Source: Marsupella aquatica
Taxonomy: Eukaryota > Plantae > Marchantiophyta
DNA length: 64,000 bases
Direction: 5' to 3'
NCBI GenBank assembly: GCA_973895155.1
Contig: OZ316893.1
Coordinates: 7,278,963-7,342,962 of the forward strand
A model generated the notes under the pieces. It searched no databases, was not told where the DNA came from, and worked only from the letters and a program-made list of their open reading frames with translations. Positions 24,003 through 36,450 of this stretch are shown here, one piece after another (position 1 is the stretch's first letter; each line of letters opens with the position of its first letter). Position numbers and translations under genes: made by a program.

Positions 24003-27000
24003 TTGAGGTAAAGTAAAGAACTGTTGATTAAGGCTAGGGTTTTTATGTGGATCAAACTGAGAATATTGGATTTGCCATAATTCATTCTCACTTGCCCATT
24101 TCATGTAAAGTGTTGTCAATGTGCAAATCTTGAATGATCAAAATAGCACACAAAATTAAGTAATCAAATAATGTTACAATTCTTGAAAGTCAACACAACA
24201 ATATAATTGCAAAAGGCTGAAATGGGTGTTGAGAGTACATGGGCAAGAGTTGGGCAAGAAATCTTTTTTTGTTCATGATACAAAACATAGAACAAAAGCA
24301 TTCCAAGGACAAAATATGCATATGAAGTCAAATTGCTGGGCTCCCCATTGGAGAAAGAATTATGGCAAAAGCAAGGCTTATAGAGATGAGAGGACAAGTC
24401 AAGCTTGCGGGGTTAACTAAGTGTATATTTTGGGGTACCATGTGCAATCCTAGCCTAATATAAATAGATCTATTTTATGAAAAAATATTTTCCATTTTCA
24501 ATATTAATAACTTATTTTACTTTATAAAATATATATATTAAAAAATATTTCAATAAACATGAGTTTATAATACCTTCTTTAATTTTCCTCCTATGATTTT
24601 TAAAAATTTAGTTAATTTGTACCAAAAATACATATTTTGGATTGCACCCGCTTCCTAAGATTTTTATAGTCAACCCCCCAATAAGTCAAGCCAGGAGTCA
24701 AGCAAGACACGTCTTGTGGAGAAAAATGTATGTTGAGAGCTTGAATGATCTTATTGGCCTCCATTAAAGATGAATTCTTTGAAAAAAAAGTAAAGAATGT
24801 TTGAGAATGTTTGAGGTTTAGGTGGACTAACAAAATTTGAGACCATTTTTCTACAAGAGGTAAATCAAATCAACAGAATTTTTAAAAATTGTAAAAATAG
24901 TTGCCTTCAATTTTGCATTTTATTTTATTTTGAAAAAAGATGTTGTTATTGTTGTGAAAGCTGTCAATGTTGTTTGGGAGAGCAAGAGATGTACGTGGGA
25001 GGGTTGGCGGGAGCCAGGGCAAGAAAAATGATGGCCCTTGGGCCTCATTCACAATTGGAGGACTCAAAAGGAGTGTCACACCTGAATTTGTTAAAAAATG
25101 ATCGTTCTCAAGGAAAGTTCTTTGAGAATTGGGTTGATGATTTAGTTATTTGATATGTTTGACATAGAAACCACATCATAGCCTTATAATATTAAGTGAC
25201 CCATATGTTTTTTGAAAGCTCTAAGGTTTCCTGTTTCCTCTCGCAAGATATTTGTCAGGACTGGTCACACAAAAAGTCACAATACTTGATCTCCCAAAAG
25301 GACTGCAAGTTTTAATTTTTTTCTAGTAACAAGTTTTGAGGGTATGCATAGGGAGACACTACATGATGTCCTATCAAAATGGAACCAAAAAAGTCATTAG
25401 TTTGAATTAGCAGGAAAGAAATGAACAGGAATTTAGGGCTCAGTTAGGGCCATTTCCGCCGGGACAACTTCAAAATTTGTTTTTGAGATTTCTTTGCATT
25501 TCCAAGTACCCTATAACATGATTAAGAATGTGATGAATCTATATGAAAATTTTGACTTTGTATGTAATCGCAAATACCAAATGGAAAGGATTCAGGAGTT
25601 CTCCCTAAAACTCCTTCCCATTCCTTTCTCATACTCAAAGTTAGGACTATCGAAAGATCTGATCCGTTCATTTCAAATGTTTGTTTAATCGGGATGGTGT
25701 GGATGCAAGGTTCTTTGAATCCTTTATAGTTCTAACAGTAACTCTACTATCCATGTCGTTTTCCACTACGGGGCCAGTGCTTCCCGCTTAGAGTTCCCTG
25801 CCAGCATTATCGGGATTCAAAGGGATTCAATCTTTATTCTCGCTCTGTGTTATCCTCTGTGCGCTAGCATTAGCTGGTTTTACAAGGAGTTGATTCACAT
25901 TTCAATGGAGAAGGTCCTTGAAATAATGGACTAATTTCAATGTTGCCCGTTCAACGCTGCAAGTGAGGGGACAATGGCAGAACAAAATGGCCTGGTTGGA
26001 AGTTGAACAAAACTGAGAGAGGGACTATCTCGGCGTAGAAGCGAAGCGTCAATGGCAAAACTAAGGTGTGCGTGCTGGTCAATGGTGGAGAACTATGTAC
26101 AGAGAGCTCTCATAGGACATTGAGGTGTTTTGGGAGAGGATCGAATTGAGGCAACGGGAATGACCGTAGGGCAGGCCACAATGCAGAGCCGCTAACCTCT
26201 CAAGGTAGGCTATACCTAACTGGACTCACCATTCGTATTTATTTACTTCAACTGAAATTGCTCGAAAGTCATGGGAATTTTTGCTTGTATTATGTTTGCT
26301 TCAAGAATCTATACAAAAGTGGGCATTCTCCGGAGAGCATTCACGGATCAGAACTGTTGTAATGGTGTCCCTATGAGTTGCATGAAAATAAGTCACAAGC
26401 TTTGTCTTAAATTGGACTTGCGTCCGAAGTTGTCCTTATCACTATATTCATTAAAACTGAAATTATAAAGGATATAGGGAAATTTGGCGATTTAAAAACA
26501 TAGTTTTAGGCATGAAAATTGTAAATTTGGAAGATGAAAAATGAAAATTCAAGCATCATTAAATGTAAATTTGGGGACAAAAAATGAAATTTTGGGAAAG
26601 TAAAATATTAAATTGGATGATATTAAAAAATATTTGGGTGATAAAAGTGTTCATTTGGTTGGAAAATAGATAGAATCTAGTAATAACATATAAGCTTGGA
26701 TAGCATCTATATTCAAAACATTTAGCTTGAGTAAGATATCTAACTAAGCACCAATACAATGGAATGACTATAGTGTCTAGACAAAGTTAACTAGGATGAT
26801 ATCCAACCTACTAGAAGGAATGAAATGGCATCATTTTCTAGAATTAAAATATACTAAGACAAATAAAATAATAATTATAAGAAAGTCCATTCAATAGCTT
26901 TGAGAGATCATAGAGTATTAATTTGATTGTCTTGTTCTCTCACTTTAGACAAACGCATGGAAATCAACTCGACCCTCTTAATCACAAGTCATTTGAGTGG

Positions 27001-27028
27001 AGACTTGTAACCTACGAGTTCTATCAAT

Positions 27029-30000
27029 CTACTCATCAATTATACCTTCCATGTAAATTTTGAGAGTTTTCAAAACATTATTAGGAATTGTCAAACCTCT
27101 ATCCATAATATTTTGTTCTTTAGCACCTGACTTAAACCCATACATTGCAGAATTTGCAAACTGCCAACTTTGAGTAACATTGTCAAACCCAGGATCCAGC
27201 TCCCAAGTCTTAGTGGTTTGAAAGCAACGTTCATATCGAACATCATCCTTTGCATCATGCTTACCATGTTTAGGCCTCCACCATTGTACTTGGAACATAG
27301 GAGCATTCCTAAGAGGAATGCTCTCAACAGACGTTGAAGAAGACCCTTCAATATGTTGCAAATCTGTTGAGGGAACCTCATGGTTTGGATCCACACCACC
27401 CAAAGCTCGAACCAACCAGAAACGCCCTTTGCCATTTTCCTGTTCCCATTCATCCTCTGGACGTAAAAATACAAAGTGACCTTCTTGAATATCTTGTAGA
27501 GGAATCCAACGTGCAGGTTCTCGCTCTTGTCGTGCACCAACAAAGGGTGCAGCTTGATCTTCCATCTCTTCCATGTACTCATTTTGAAGGTCCATCATCT
27601 CTGGATTTTGAGAAGGTTCACTTGACGGCTGATATGTCCCCAAAATCATCTTGTAACCTGTGCCATGGTTAGTCTTTGGCCAAAAATCAGTTGTCAATGG
27701 CAAATGTCTTTCCCCCTCCCCTTCTATTGTAAGTTCCTCGGACAGTGCTTGCACAAAATTCTCCCAATATTTGACCAGAGGAATTAAATCTCTCTTTATA
27801 TGCTGCAGAGGTCTCATCCTTACAACTTTTCTTCAAGAAATCAATATAGCGATTAAGGAATGGGATGATTTCTCCAGCCTTCTTTTGTACATCCCCAGAT
27901 ATAGGTTTTGCAAATGGTTGGCCTTCCGGTAAAATGAGCGCATTTGTGATGGGATCAGTTCTCCAAATGGACCTCCCCATTGCCGGAAGCCAAGGTTGCT
28001 TGACATGTGCTTTATATTGATACACTGGCACATTATCCCTCATGGAGAAAAGAAATGCCACTGGTTTTGAGTGACCTTCTATCTCTTTCACCTGGAAAGT
28101 TTTCAAATACTCCTTGTAAGATGCAACCTCTTGAATCAATCGTGGTACAGGATGAATGCTTTCACACTCCCAAACCTCAGCCATCAACCCCAAGAGGGTA
28201 GCAACCTCTTTGTATCTACCCTGTTTGGATACTTGAGAAAATAATGCATCCATGTCTTCATGGGTGTGGCCAACCATGAGGAATGACATTTGCACAGTTT
28301 CAAACACCCCCTGCTAACAAGCTCAGTGCAAAATGCCATCACATATTGATTTTTGTTATCTTTCCCTGAATTGTCCATCTGCAACGTTAGGTGCCTTGGT
28401 AAGGGCTTGAAAGAGCCCCTAGTAGTCTCAGGATCATCCTTAGAACCAACATCCACTGTGCTTGACTTTTTAGTCTCCTGACCATCTTCAATGCCTTGAA
28501 ATCGAACAATTGAAACATTTTTGGGTTCCAAGTAACCTACCAGAAATGCTTCAAAGTCTAGAAGGGACTGAAATATTGGCCTAGTTGCATTCCAATTCAA
28601 TCCCTCAAGAAGGTCTCCAGTTTTGTCTCCTGTGTAATCTTCCAAATCTCGGAGGCATTTGGCCAAAGATGTCACAGTAAAGTCTGCATCTCCAGGCCAA
28701 AGTCCAGTCAAACTGAAATGTGCATACACTCCAGGATCTCTTCCATGGGTTAACATCCCAGTAAGAGCAATAGGCAAAGGCTGACCACTACCAGAGAGGG
28801 ATTTTGGAGTGGGGACCAACCTGGGGATCCAAGTCTTGGCTTGATCCATCTTATCGTGAATAATGCAAAGATAGTTTTGAGGATCCTTCTTTGCAAGAAC
28901 ATATCTTCTTGACATTTGTTCACGAAGATGTCACGCTCTTTTCTCTTCAATCTCTACACGCTCTTTTTTTCTCTTCTCCCGCATCAATTGATCTTTGAAC
29001 TCAGTGCAAAATGTGCACTTGGCAAATGCACTTCCCTTGTGAAAGTCAAAATTATCAAATGAGTTTTTCCAGATGTTGTACATAGTAACTTCAGTAACCT
29101 TAGCAAACCCATCTAATTCCATCTTGGTAAACACCTCTTGGAAAATCTCCTTCTTAGTAAAACAAGATGGGAGCCGATATTCAATAGTGTCAGTGCCGTT
29201 GGACCCACCATAGGGAAGATGTGGCATTGGTTCCCCATTTTGGATTAAAATGGACTCCAACAAGGCGCGAGCGTGCAAAGTGCTTGATCGTGTCTTCCGT
29301 TGTCCCTGATTTCCATGGAAACCAATTGTGCAACCAGCTTCGTATTGATTTTTGTAGTCATAGTACTTTGTTGTACTGAACCCATGCATTTTAATAAATG
29401 CATCTTTACAAACCACACGTCCCTTTAGAACAAAAAATCCCTTTCTCTTGACTTGCTCCTCTCTACACCCAAAGAGACTAAAGATGTGACTTGTTTTGTT
29501 GTCACTTGACATTCCATGGTATTCCCTCCTCATTACCTCTAAGTCCTCCTTGGGCATGTTCAAGCAACACTTCAGCTTGCAACAACCTTCTCTTTGGATG
29601 GAATCAATGGACTCCTCGTTAATTTTCAAAAGTGCCCTCGACTCCAAATGCCTTTTCTTCCTCTCCTCAAGATCAACTTTTGTCCTCCTAATGAAATTGT
29701 ATGGTCTTTTTGTAGGTTTACCATCACCATCCGAATCCGGATCGCTGTTAGTTCGACCCGACTCCATCCACTTCTCTGAAACTTCCTCAAGGATATCCCC
29801 AAGAAACCTTTGAGACGAAATCAATAGAAGGGATTTGATTTCCCACCTCACCAAGCCAGGGGTACCAACACGGATATTTGGAAATAATCCGGGTTCATTG
29901 ATATTCACAACAGCAACACCAACATGATCTGCACCAAGAAGTTCATCGTCAACGGCACCTGTTTCAAATGGGACCGTGATAACACCTGTTGCAACCTTTC

Positions 30001-30751
30001 GACAATGAGAAGCGTCATACAAATCAACTTCCTCCGCCATCCAGTTGGAACGTAGTGTAAAATCTTTTAATGGAAGATCATTGAAAATATTTGAACTACC
30101 AAACACGCCAAAATCTCGTAGAGTGCCCTTTCTAGAAACATGCACAACATCCCAGATAACCCAGGTATGCAAGGCCTCTTCTATTGTATCAGCTCCAGGG
30201 TGCGAGTATGGCAATTTTTGATTTCCCTTAACAATATCAGATATTCTTATACTGATGCGACCAACCCCGATCAGTGTTTAGGGTTTAGGGAGTGTTTCAG
30301 TATGACAAATATCCATCGGATTTGTCTTGAAAACGACTCCATTTGCAACCAACTGATCAAAAATGAACATCTGAACTTCATCTCCTTCCTTGAACACGTC
30401 CTCTTCAACCCTTGCATCAATTTGGGATTTATCATTTCCAGCATCTCCAGCCAAAGAGAAATCATCGACATTGATTCTTCGGCGCTGAGTTGATGACCTC
30501 AAGTATGCCAATGCACAATCCCAAATCACGCAGGAGTCAATTGCCTCAGCCAATGTAGAAAATTTGGGCGAAGGAAATGGAAGTTGACGCGATCCATCAA
30601 AACACTTTTTGATCAATACCCCAATTCGATTGTCCCCCAGACAAATGTTCTGTATAGTATCCTGGGGGTCAACCTTTTGAACTATCCCAATTGCCGTTTC
30701 AAATCCATCGATCACCAATGACACTTCATCCCCTCGTGTAAAATTGATCAT
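27029..30751 (-). pseudogene. Sola1-like DDD transposase, frameshifted
   Basis: Consecutive ORFs 30278..30751, 28931..30214, 28184..28915, 27687..28307, 27029..27817. Motifs CCKLKC, FAKCTFC, IIHDKMDQ, LQMDNSGKDNKN, FLMVGHTHEDMDALFS. Superfamily assignment from motif memory. Confidence 0.7.
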
Positions 30752-30883
30752 GATAGCGGACTATCTGTATTCAAATAAAGTTAGAAATTGTTAAGTTCCC
30801 CATGTTACAATCATGTTTCAAAATCTGGACTCTCCTCCAAAAAATATTGTAAAATCACTCAAAACCCTAAATACATTCAAGTC

Positions 30884-31206
30884 AGGTCGGAATTATTTCG
30901 ACCCTCCTCCAACATTATGTCTTGAAATGATTGAATTGACTAAACATTTACAAGTCGGGTCGGAATTATTTCGACCCTCCTCCAACAATATGTCTTGAAA
31001 TGATTGAATTGACTAAACATTTACAAGTTGGGTCGGAATTATTTTGACCCTCCTCCAACAATATGTCTTAAAATGATTGAATTGACTAAACATTTACAAG
31101 TCGGGTCGGAATTATTTCGACCCTCCTCCAACAATATGTCTTAAAATGATTTAATTGACTAAACATTGATAAGTTGGGTCGGAATTATTTCGACCCTACT
31201 CCAACT
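30884..31206. repeat. Tandem array, 73-bp unit, about 4.5 copies, upstream of the transposase
   Basis: GTCGGAATTATTTCGACCC recurs at 30886, 30959, 31032, 31105, 31178; an inverted copy lies near 31308-31325. Confidence 0.9.
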
Positions 31207-32769
31207 ATTAAGTTGAAATTATGTCAAAACTATTTGTGAAACTATCTTGCTTATGCTTTTATATACCAGTTTAAAATGCTAGTTAAGATGACATAGTCAG
31301 GTCGGCACGAAATAATTCCGACCCACTTCTAGAAACTATGTTAGTAATCACATAAAGGGGTACAGTAAGTTCTACACATGCTAGACTGTGGATAAAGGTC
31401 TAGAAATGAGTAAAATATATGATCTAGAACCTAATGTGTAAATCTTAATCTAGGTTTGGCTTGAAGGTATTGAATTAGATGTAGTTGAGCTAGTACTTCT
31501 AAGATAAATAAATAAAATTACTAACCTGCTCCGCAATATATCTCTGGCCACCCTTGTACAAGCTAAATGGGTACCTTGGATGCCAGCATTGTAACTCTTA
31601 GCACCACAGTGCTCACCAGTGCCCTTACTAAACCTTGCATTCAACCATGCGGACCTAAACAAGGCACTCGGACAGAGGAGAGTCAGTGATCGTACCAATC
31701 ACTGTCTAAATGACAATGAACCAAAAAATGGATTGTGGGAGGTCTATACTCAGTTTGAGAGGCAAAAAGCCCACACATTACCTAGCACACGAGTGGACAC
31801 CAACAGATCGGGCACGGGTGGATGAGGCATGCACCCAGCACACAAGTAGACATCGGATAGGGTGTCAGCCAATCACTCACGAGTGATAGGTGAGTTGCGA
31901 GCACACACCGCTGACAGCTCGGAAGTTTAAAATTGGTAGGTGAGTCGCGAGTGGTCGTGAGTGGTCACACCATCGGTGACTCACGATCACATGCACCGAG
32001 GAGGGTCTCCATCATTGGCATGCATTGATGCCTCCGTACCCTCTCGGATCCTTGCCTCCTCGGACTCCTCGCTCGTAAGGGGTATAGGAAGGCAGGCCTT
32101 GCACTTGAGGCCTCATTTCCTTGCCTCCCTCTTGCCTCCTCTCTCGTCTCCTCACTCCTTGCCTCCCTCTTGCCTTGCTCTAGGGCTTTTGTTTTTGCCT
32201 CGCTCTTGGGATTTTTTTTCCGCCTCGCTCTAAGGCTTTTATTTCCGCCTTGCTCCCTTCCCTTTTGGGTCGCTCCCTCGATCATTGTTTGCCTGTTAGT
32301 GCCCTCTTGCAGCCTGTGGCATTCTCCATTGCTGCCACGTGTCATCTTAAATCTCACTTGCCCCTTACAATGTCTACTTCCTCCAGTTCTGAAGCTTCCA
32401 CCACCTCCGCCAGTTCTCAAGAGTCATTGAACTTCAATTATAACTCTCTGTATGAATATGACCCTGAAGACCCGGATGTCCAAAAATTGGTTAACAATGC
32501 GTTGGAGGCGTCAAGGAAAGCCCAGTTAACTTTTCCACGTAAGGCACCACCTGCTTCAACTTCTTGCCTCGCCCTAAGGGCGAGGCAACTTTACTTTAAT
32601 TTGGATTTCAAACTTCTTATTAGGAAAATTTCTATATTCCTTTGCAGTCGCCTCGCCCCAAGGTCGAGGCGACGTCTACTTCATTCTAGATTTCTTGTTG
32701 CTCCGAAGGCGTATTGGACCTTGTATCTTACATTAATAAAGGATCTTTAGCTATATTCTATTTTTTGCC

Positions 32770-33090
32770 TAGCTCTTGGGGCGAGGCGATGTCGTCTGCA
32801 TTCCTCAAATGTTATCTGCATTCCTAAATGTTGTCTACATTCCTAGAAGTTGCCTCACCCTTGGGGCGAGGCGATGTCCTCTACATTCCTAAATGTTGTC
32901 TGCTTTCCCAGAAGTTGCCTCGCCCTTGGGGCGAGGCGATGTCCTTTGCATTCCTAAATGTTGTCTGCTTTCCAGAAGTTGCCTCGCCCTTGGGGCGAGG
33001 CGATGTTGTCTGCATTCCTAAATGTTGTTTGCTTTCCTAGAAGTTGCCTCGCCCTTGGGGCGAGGCAATGTCGTCTGCATTCCTAAATAA
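32770..33090. repeat. Tandem array, about 65-bp unit, with GCCTCGCCC-N3-GGGCGAGGC palindrome, in intron 1
   Basis: GTTGCCTC(G/A)CCCTTGGGGCGAGGC at 32849, 32914, 32978, 33043, plus a partial copy near 32775. Confidence 0.9.
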
Positions 33091-33692
33091 TGTTTGATTG
33101 CTTGGATGAGGTGGCAGGGCTAATTGCACTAGGAGCAAAGAAGATTTTGCAATCTTCTATTTGTCGCCTTGCCCCAAGGGCGAGGCACCTTGAAAGTTTT
33201 CCACATGTCAATGTTAAAAATATGATGCTGACCATTTTGTTTTCAATGTTTCTTACCAGGAAAAAATCTTGAGAAGCCGAAGTTAAATATTGTGGATGAG
33301 GATATCAAGGACTTTGTTTTCCCTGACCAAGATACTCCAGGATTTAGATGGGCACTAGAAGTTGGGTGTCGGCGGAAGGCAGTCTCTTGATTTGTTTCAA
33401 GGGCCTCACAAGTCAATTGAATGACCGCAAGACAATTGTTACTCTAGGTCCAGTCGTCCTTGTGAACACGGACAACAACCGCAATGCAACGATTATTGTT
33501 GAGTCCAATGAGAAATCTCAGTGGATGAGACTTCTAGTGCCAATAAAACTCTACTCGACTTTATTGAATGTTGAGTGGATGGCTCGATTGGAGATAAGCA
33601 TAGCTGATATGGGATTGTGATGCCTAGCCAGGAATCACTCGGCCAGTTAAGTGGGTAAAGCAGGAATGCACCCTAGAAACACCTTAGTATAG

Positions 33693-35568
33693 AAACTCCC
33701 AAGGTGATTGCCAAAGTGTTTGGCTTGCCGATAGGCAATAAGACCAAGGTTGATACCAGGAAGACCTTGCCTGACAAGGAGTTCCGGTCGTTCCCCGGGC
33801 CATCAACAAAGAATGGCTTCTTCCGGAATACCTGCACCAACCCGCACATAGGAGAGATGATAGACTTCTTACGGGTGACCATGCATTGTAACTTGCCGAG
33901 GGCAGAGATCGGCAAGGCACAGGTCTATCTGGCAGAGAGGCCAGACCCAAGCCGGGACTACAACGGGTACCTCCTCAACCAATTGAAGAAAATCTTAAAG
34001 GAGGAGCAGCAGGTAATCGGCATGGGGAGCGTGTCGCGGCTTGGCTATCACATGCCGCTGTTGTGCCGGTATGCCAGAGGTCAGACCTTTGCCCCAGTAC
34101 TTCCCCTGCAGGTAAGGGTACCCGAGGAAGCTCCAGCACCGAGGCCGGTAGCAGAGAAGCCTCAACCACCTGTTAGCCCTACGATTGAGCAGGTGTTTAG
34201 GCCAAGGAAGGAAGACTTGCCAATGCAGCAACCAAGCATGCAGAATCTGCTGAAAATGCTGGAGAAGGAAAAGACGGCACCGGCACCGGCTTCGGCAGCG
34301 GCACCAATACAGGACACGGCCCCAGAGGTCAACCTAAGTAGACTTAGAAGGGAAAACTCCTTTACCGAAAACAAGGAGAGAATCAGGCCAGAATCCAAGC
34401 TGGGTGTTCGAATGTACGTGGGAGTCTCAAGCTCTGAATCTGAGGCAGAATTGCCTGAAGCTCCTACCGACGAGGAAGAGAGGGAGAAGCCGGAAGTCCA
34501 AGAAGTAGAGGAGGCAGTGGAGGACTGCAGCCATGATAACTCCGGCTATGGGTCGGGCCATCACGTTCCAGGAGTAAGGACCTGTGGCCGGTTTATCCCC
34601 ACACTTCCAAGGGTAGTACGAGGGGACCCCAACCAGCAGAGTAGCCCTGAGTCTCCCCCACCAGATGTTGCTCCCCCGAGCTTTGACGGCATAAAACAGA
34701 CGGCGCAGGAATTTCAAGAGCGAATTAGGCAGGAAGAGGAGGCAGCCCTGGCTAGCGAAAAGGATTTTCCAGGAGGAGATTGGCCGGAGGACATCAGGCG
34801 GCTAGCCGAAAAAGGAAGCAAACCTCTAGCCACAATTGAAGAGATCCGCAAGACGACTTGGGAATAGAGGCCGCGATGGACGATGCCGATCACTTCTACT
34901 TACTCCACCTACGCTAAGAATAGAGCCATGGAGTATGGTGAGATATGTGGGGAACTTGTGCTCGGCATCTTTGGGGAGGAGTTGGAGGTAGGACCCTTTT
35001 TCCATAGGGAGCAGTTGGAGAAGCACCAATTAGAAGAAGCGGTGGCTTTAGAGAGAAGCAAGAAGGACGAGGTCATCCGGCGGCTTAGGAGGATGGAAGC
35101 CGAGATTGAAGATCTAAGGGCGGCCAAGAAAGCCCAAGATGAACTGCGGAATAAGCGGCATGAGCTGAACATCATGCAGGGGCAGTTGGACACCGCGCAG
35201 GCTGATAATCAGATTATCAAGGATAAACTGACTCAGACCCAGGGAGAATTGGCCGACGCAATCAAGGACAGGGAGAAATGGAAGAAGGAGCTGAGAGACG
35301 CAGAGGAGGCCCATATAGCAGTCAACAACCGGGTCACGGCGGAGACTCAGAGAAGGGAGAGGGCGCTGAAGGGAGAGCTCAAGGTCATCCGCAGAACCCT
35401 TGAGCAGAAGGAGGCCGAGTTAGGGAAATCCTATCAAGGAATTATTGCGCTACAGCAGGAGCTTGCGTCCCTAACGGCCAGTTTCAAGGCCAACCTGCGG
35501 GAGAAGGACGCCCAGCTTGACCAGACTTATGCCAAGATGAATAACATGGAGTCTGTGGTCGTAGCGGA
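33693..35568 (+). pseudogene. Central part of family B ORF
   Basis: ORFs 33704..34867 and 34883..35608 are in one frame separated by a TAG and closely match the other B copies. Confidence 0.88.
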
Positions 35569-35785
35569 TGTGTATATTCATGTTTCCTCATGCCTAAGAG
35601 CTGAATAGAGTTGGCCTCACGGCTTAGTTTGCAGAGCTTGTGTATGAGATGTACTGTTTGTATGGCAAGCACATGGTATGACTCAGTCAGAAGGAGTCAT
35701 TTTGCTATTTGTGTGTCGCATTAACTTGTGTGAAGAGTGCCCAAATCAACCAACAGAGGAAGGAAAGTAAGCAGGGTAGTGAGAG

Positions 35786-36450
35786 CCCTGGGCCCCCAGC
35801 CTTTGTAAACTAAAGAGGTATACGTGCGTACACCCCCCTCCTTAGTACCCCTTATTATTTTTGGAAGCCTATAAAAATTTCTCTTGTTATTCTTAAAAAC
35901 TTAATTTTGGAGAATAAATCTGCCCCTTTGAGATATTATAATTTCACATTTTACACCATTTATGAAAGCCTTGAAAAGTTATAAATTCATCATTTGCACA
36001 CGGTTCTAAAACTGACGGGAGTGTTTTGGAAGGGTTTTGGGTACATACATTTTTGTGTTCGTGACCCTTTAACCCCAAACTTCAACTTTGGGGCATTTTT
36101 GAACCACACGGCAGGGTAGTCAGGGTTCAAAAGCTCCAAAGTCCTAAACTACTCTGAATCATAGATATTGCAAGCATAATTATATGTCATATACACATGT
36201 TCCAATAAAGGGTGGCCACAAGGACCAATCCTATTGTGACGCGTGTCACATCCATATTACATCACCTCTTGAAGCATATTAACTTGGGCAACATTTATAT
36301 AAGCCTATATTAGTTAGAAAGGGTTCTTTGAATAAAACCATCCCTTGATATTTCTAAGCCAATTATAAAAATTAATCTCAAATCAGATTTTTTGCACCCT
36401 TCATCCGTTCGCACGTCCAACCCATTATTAATAATGCTGGGGGCCCAGGG
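35786..36450. mobile_element. MITE, 665 bp, 15-bp TIR, 8-bp TSD
   Basis: CCCTGGGCCCCCAGC / GCTGGGGGCCCAGGG; TSD AGTGAGAG (35778-35785, 36451-36458). The empty site is visible in the B copy at about 54412. Confidence 0.93.

Noticed and set aside
24003-27000. Possible left terminus of the Sola1-like element, compared with 42000-43480
   Set aside because: No convincing inverted repeat or TSD found by eye; only short chance matches.
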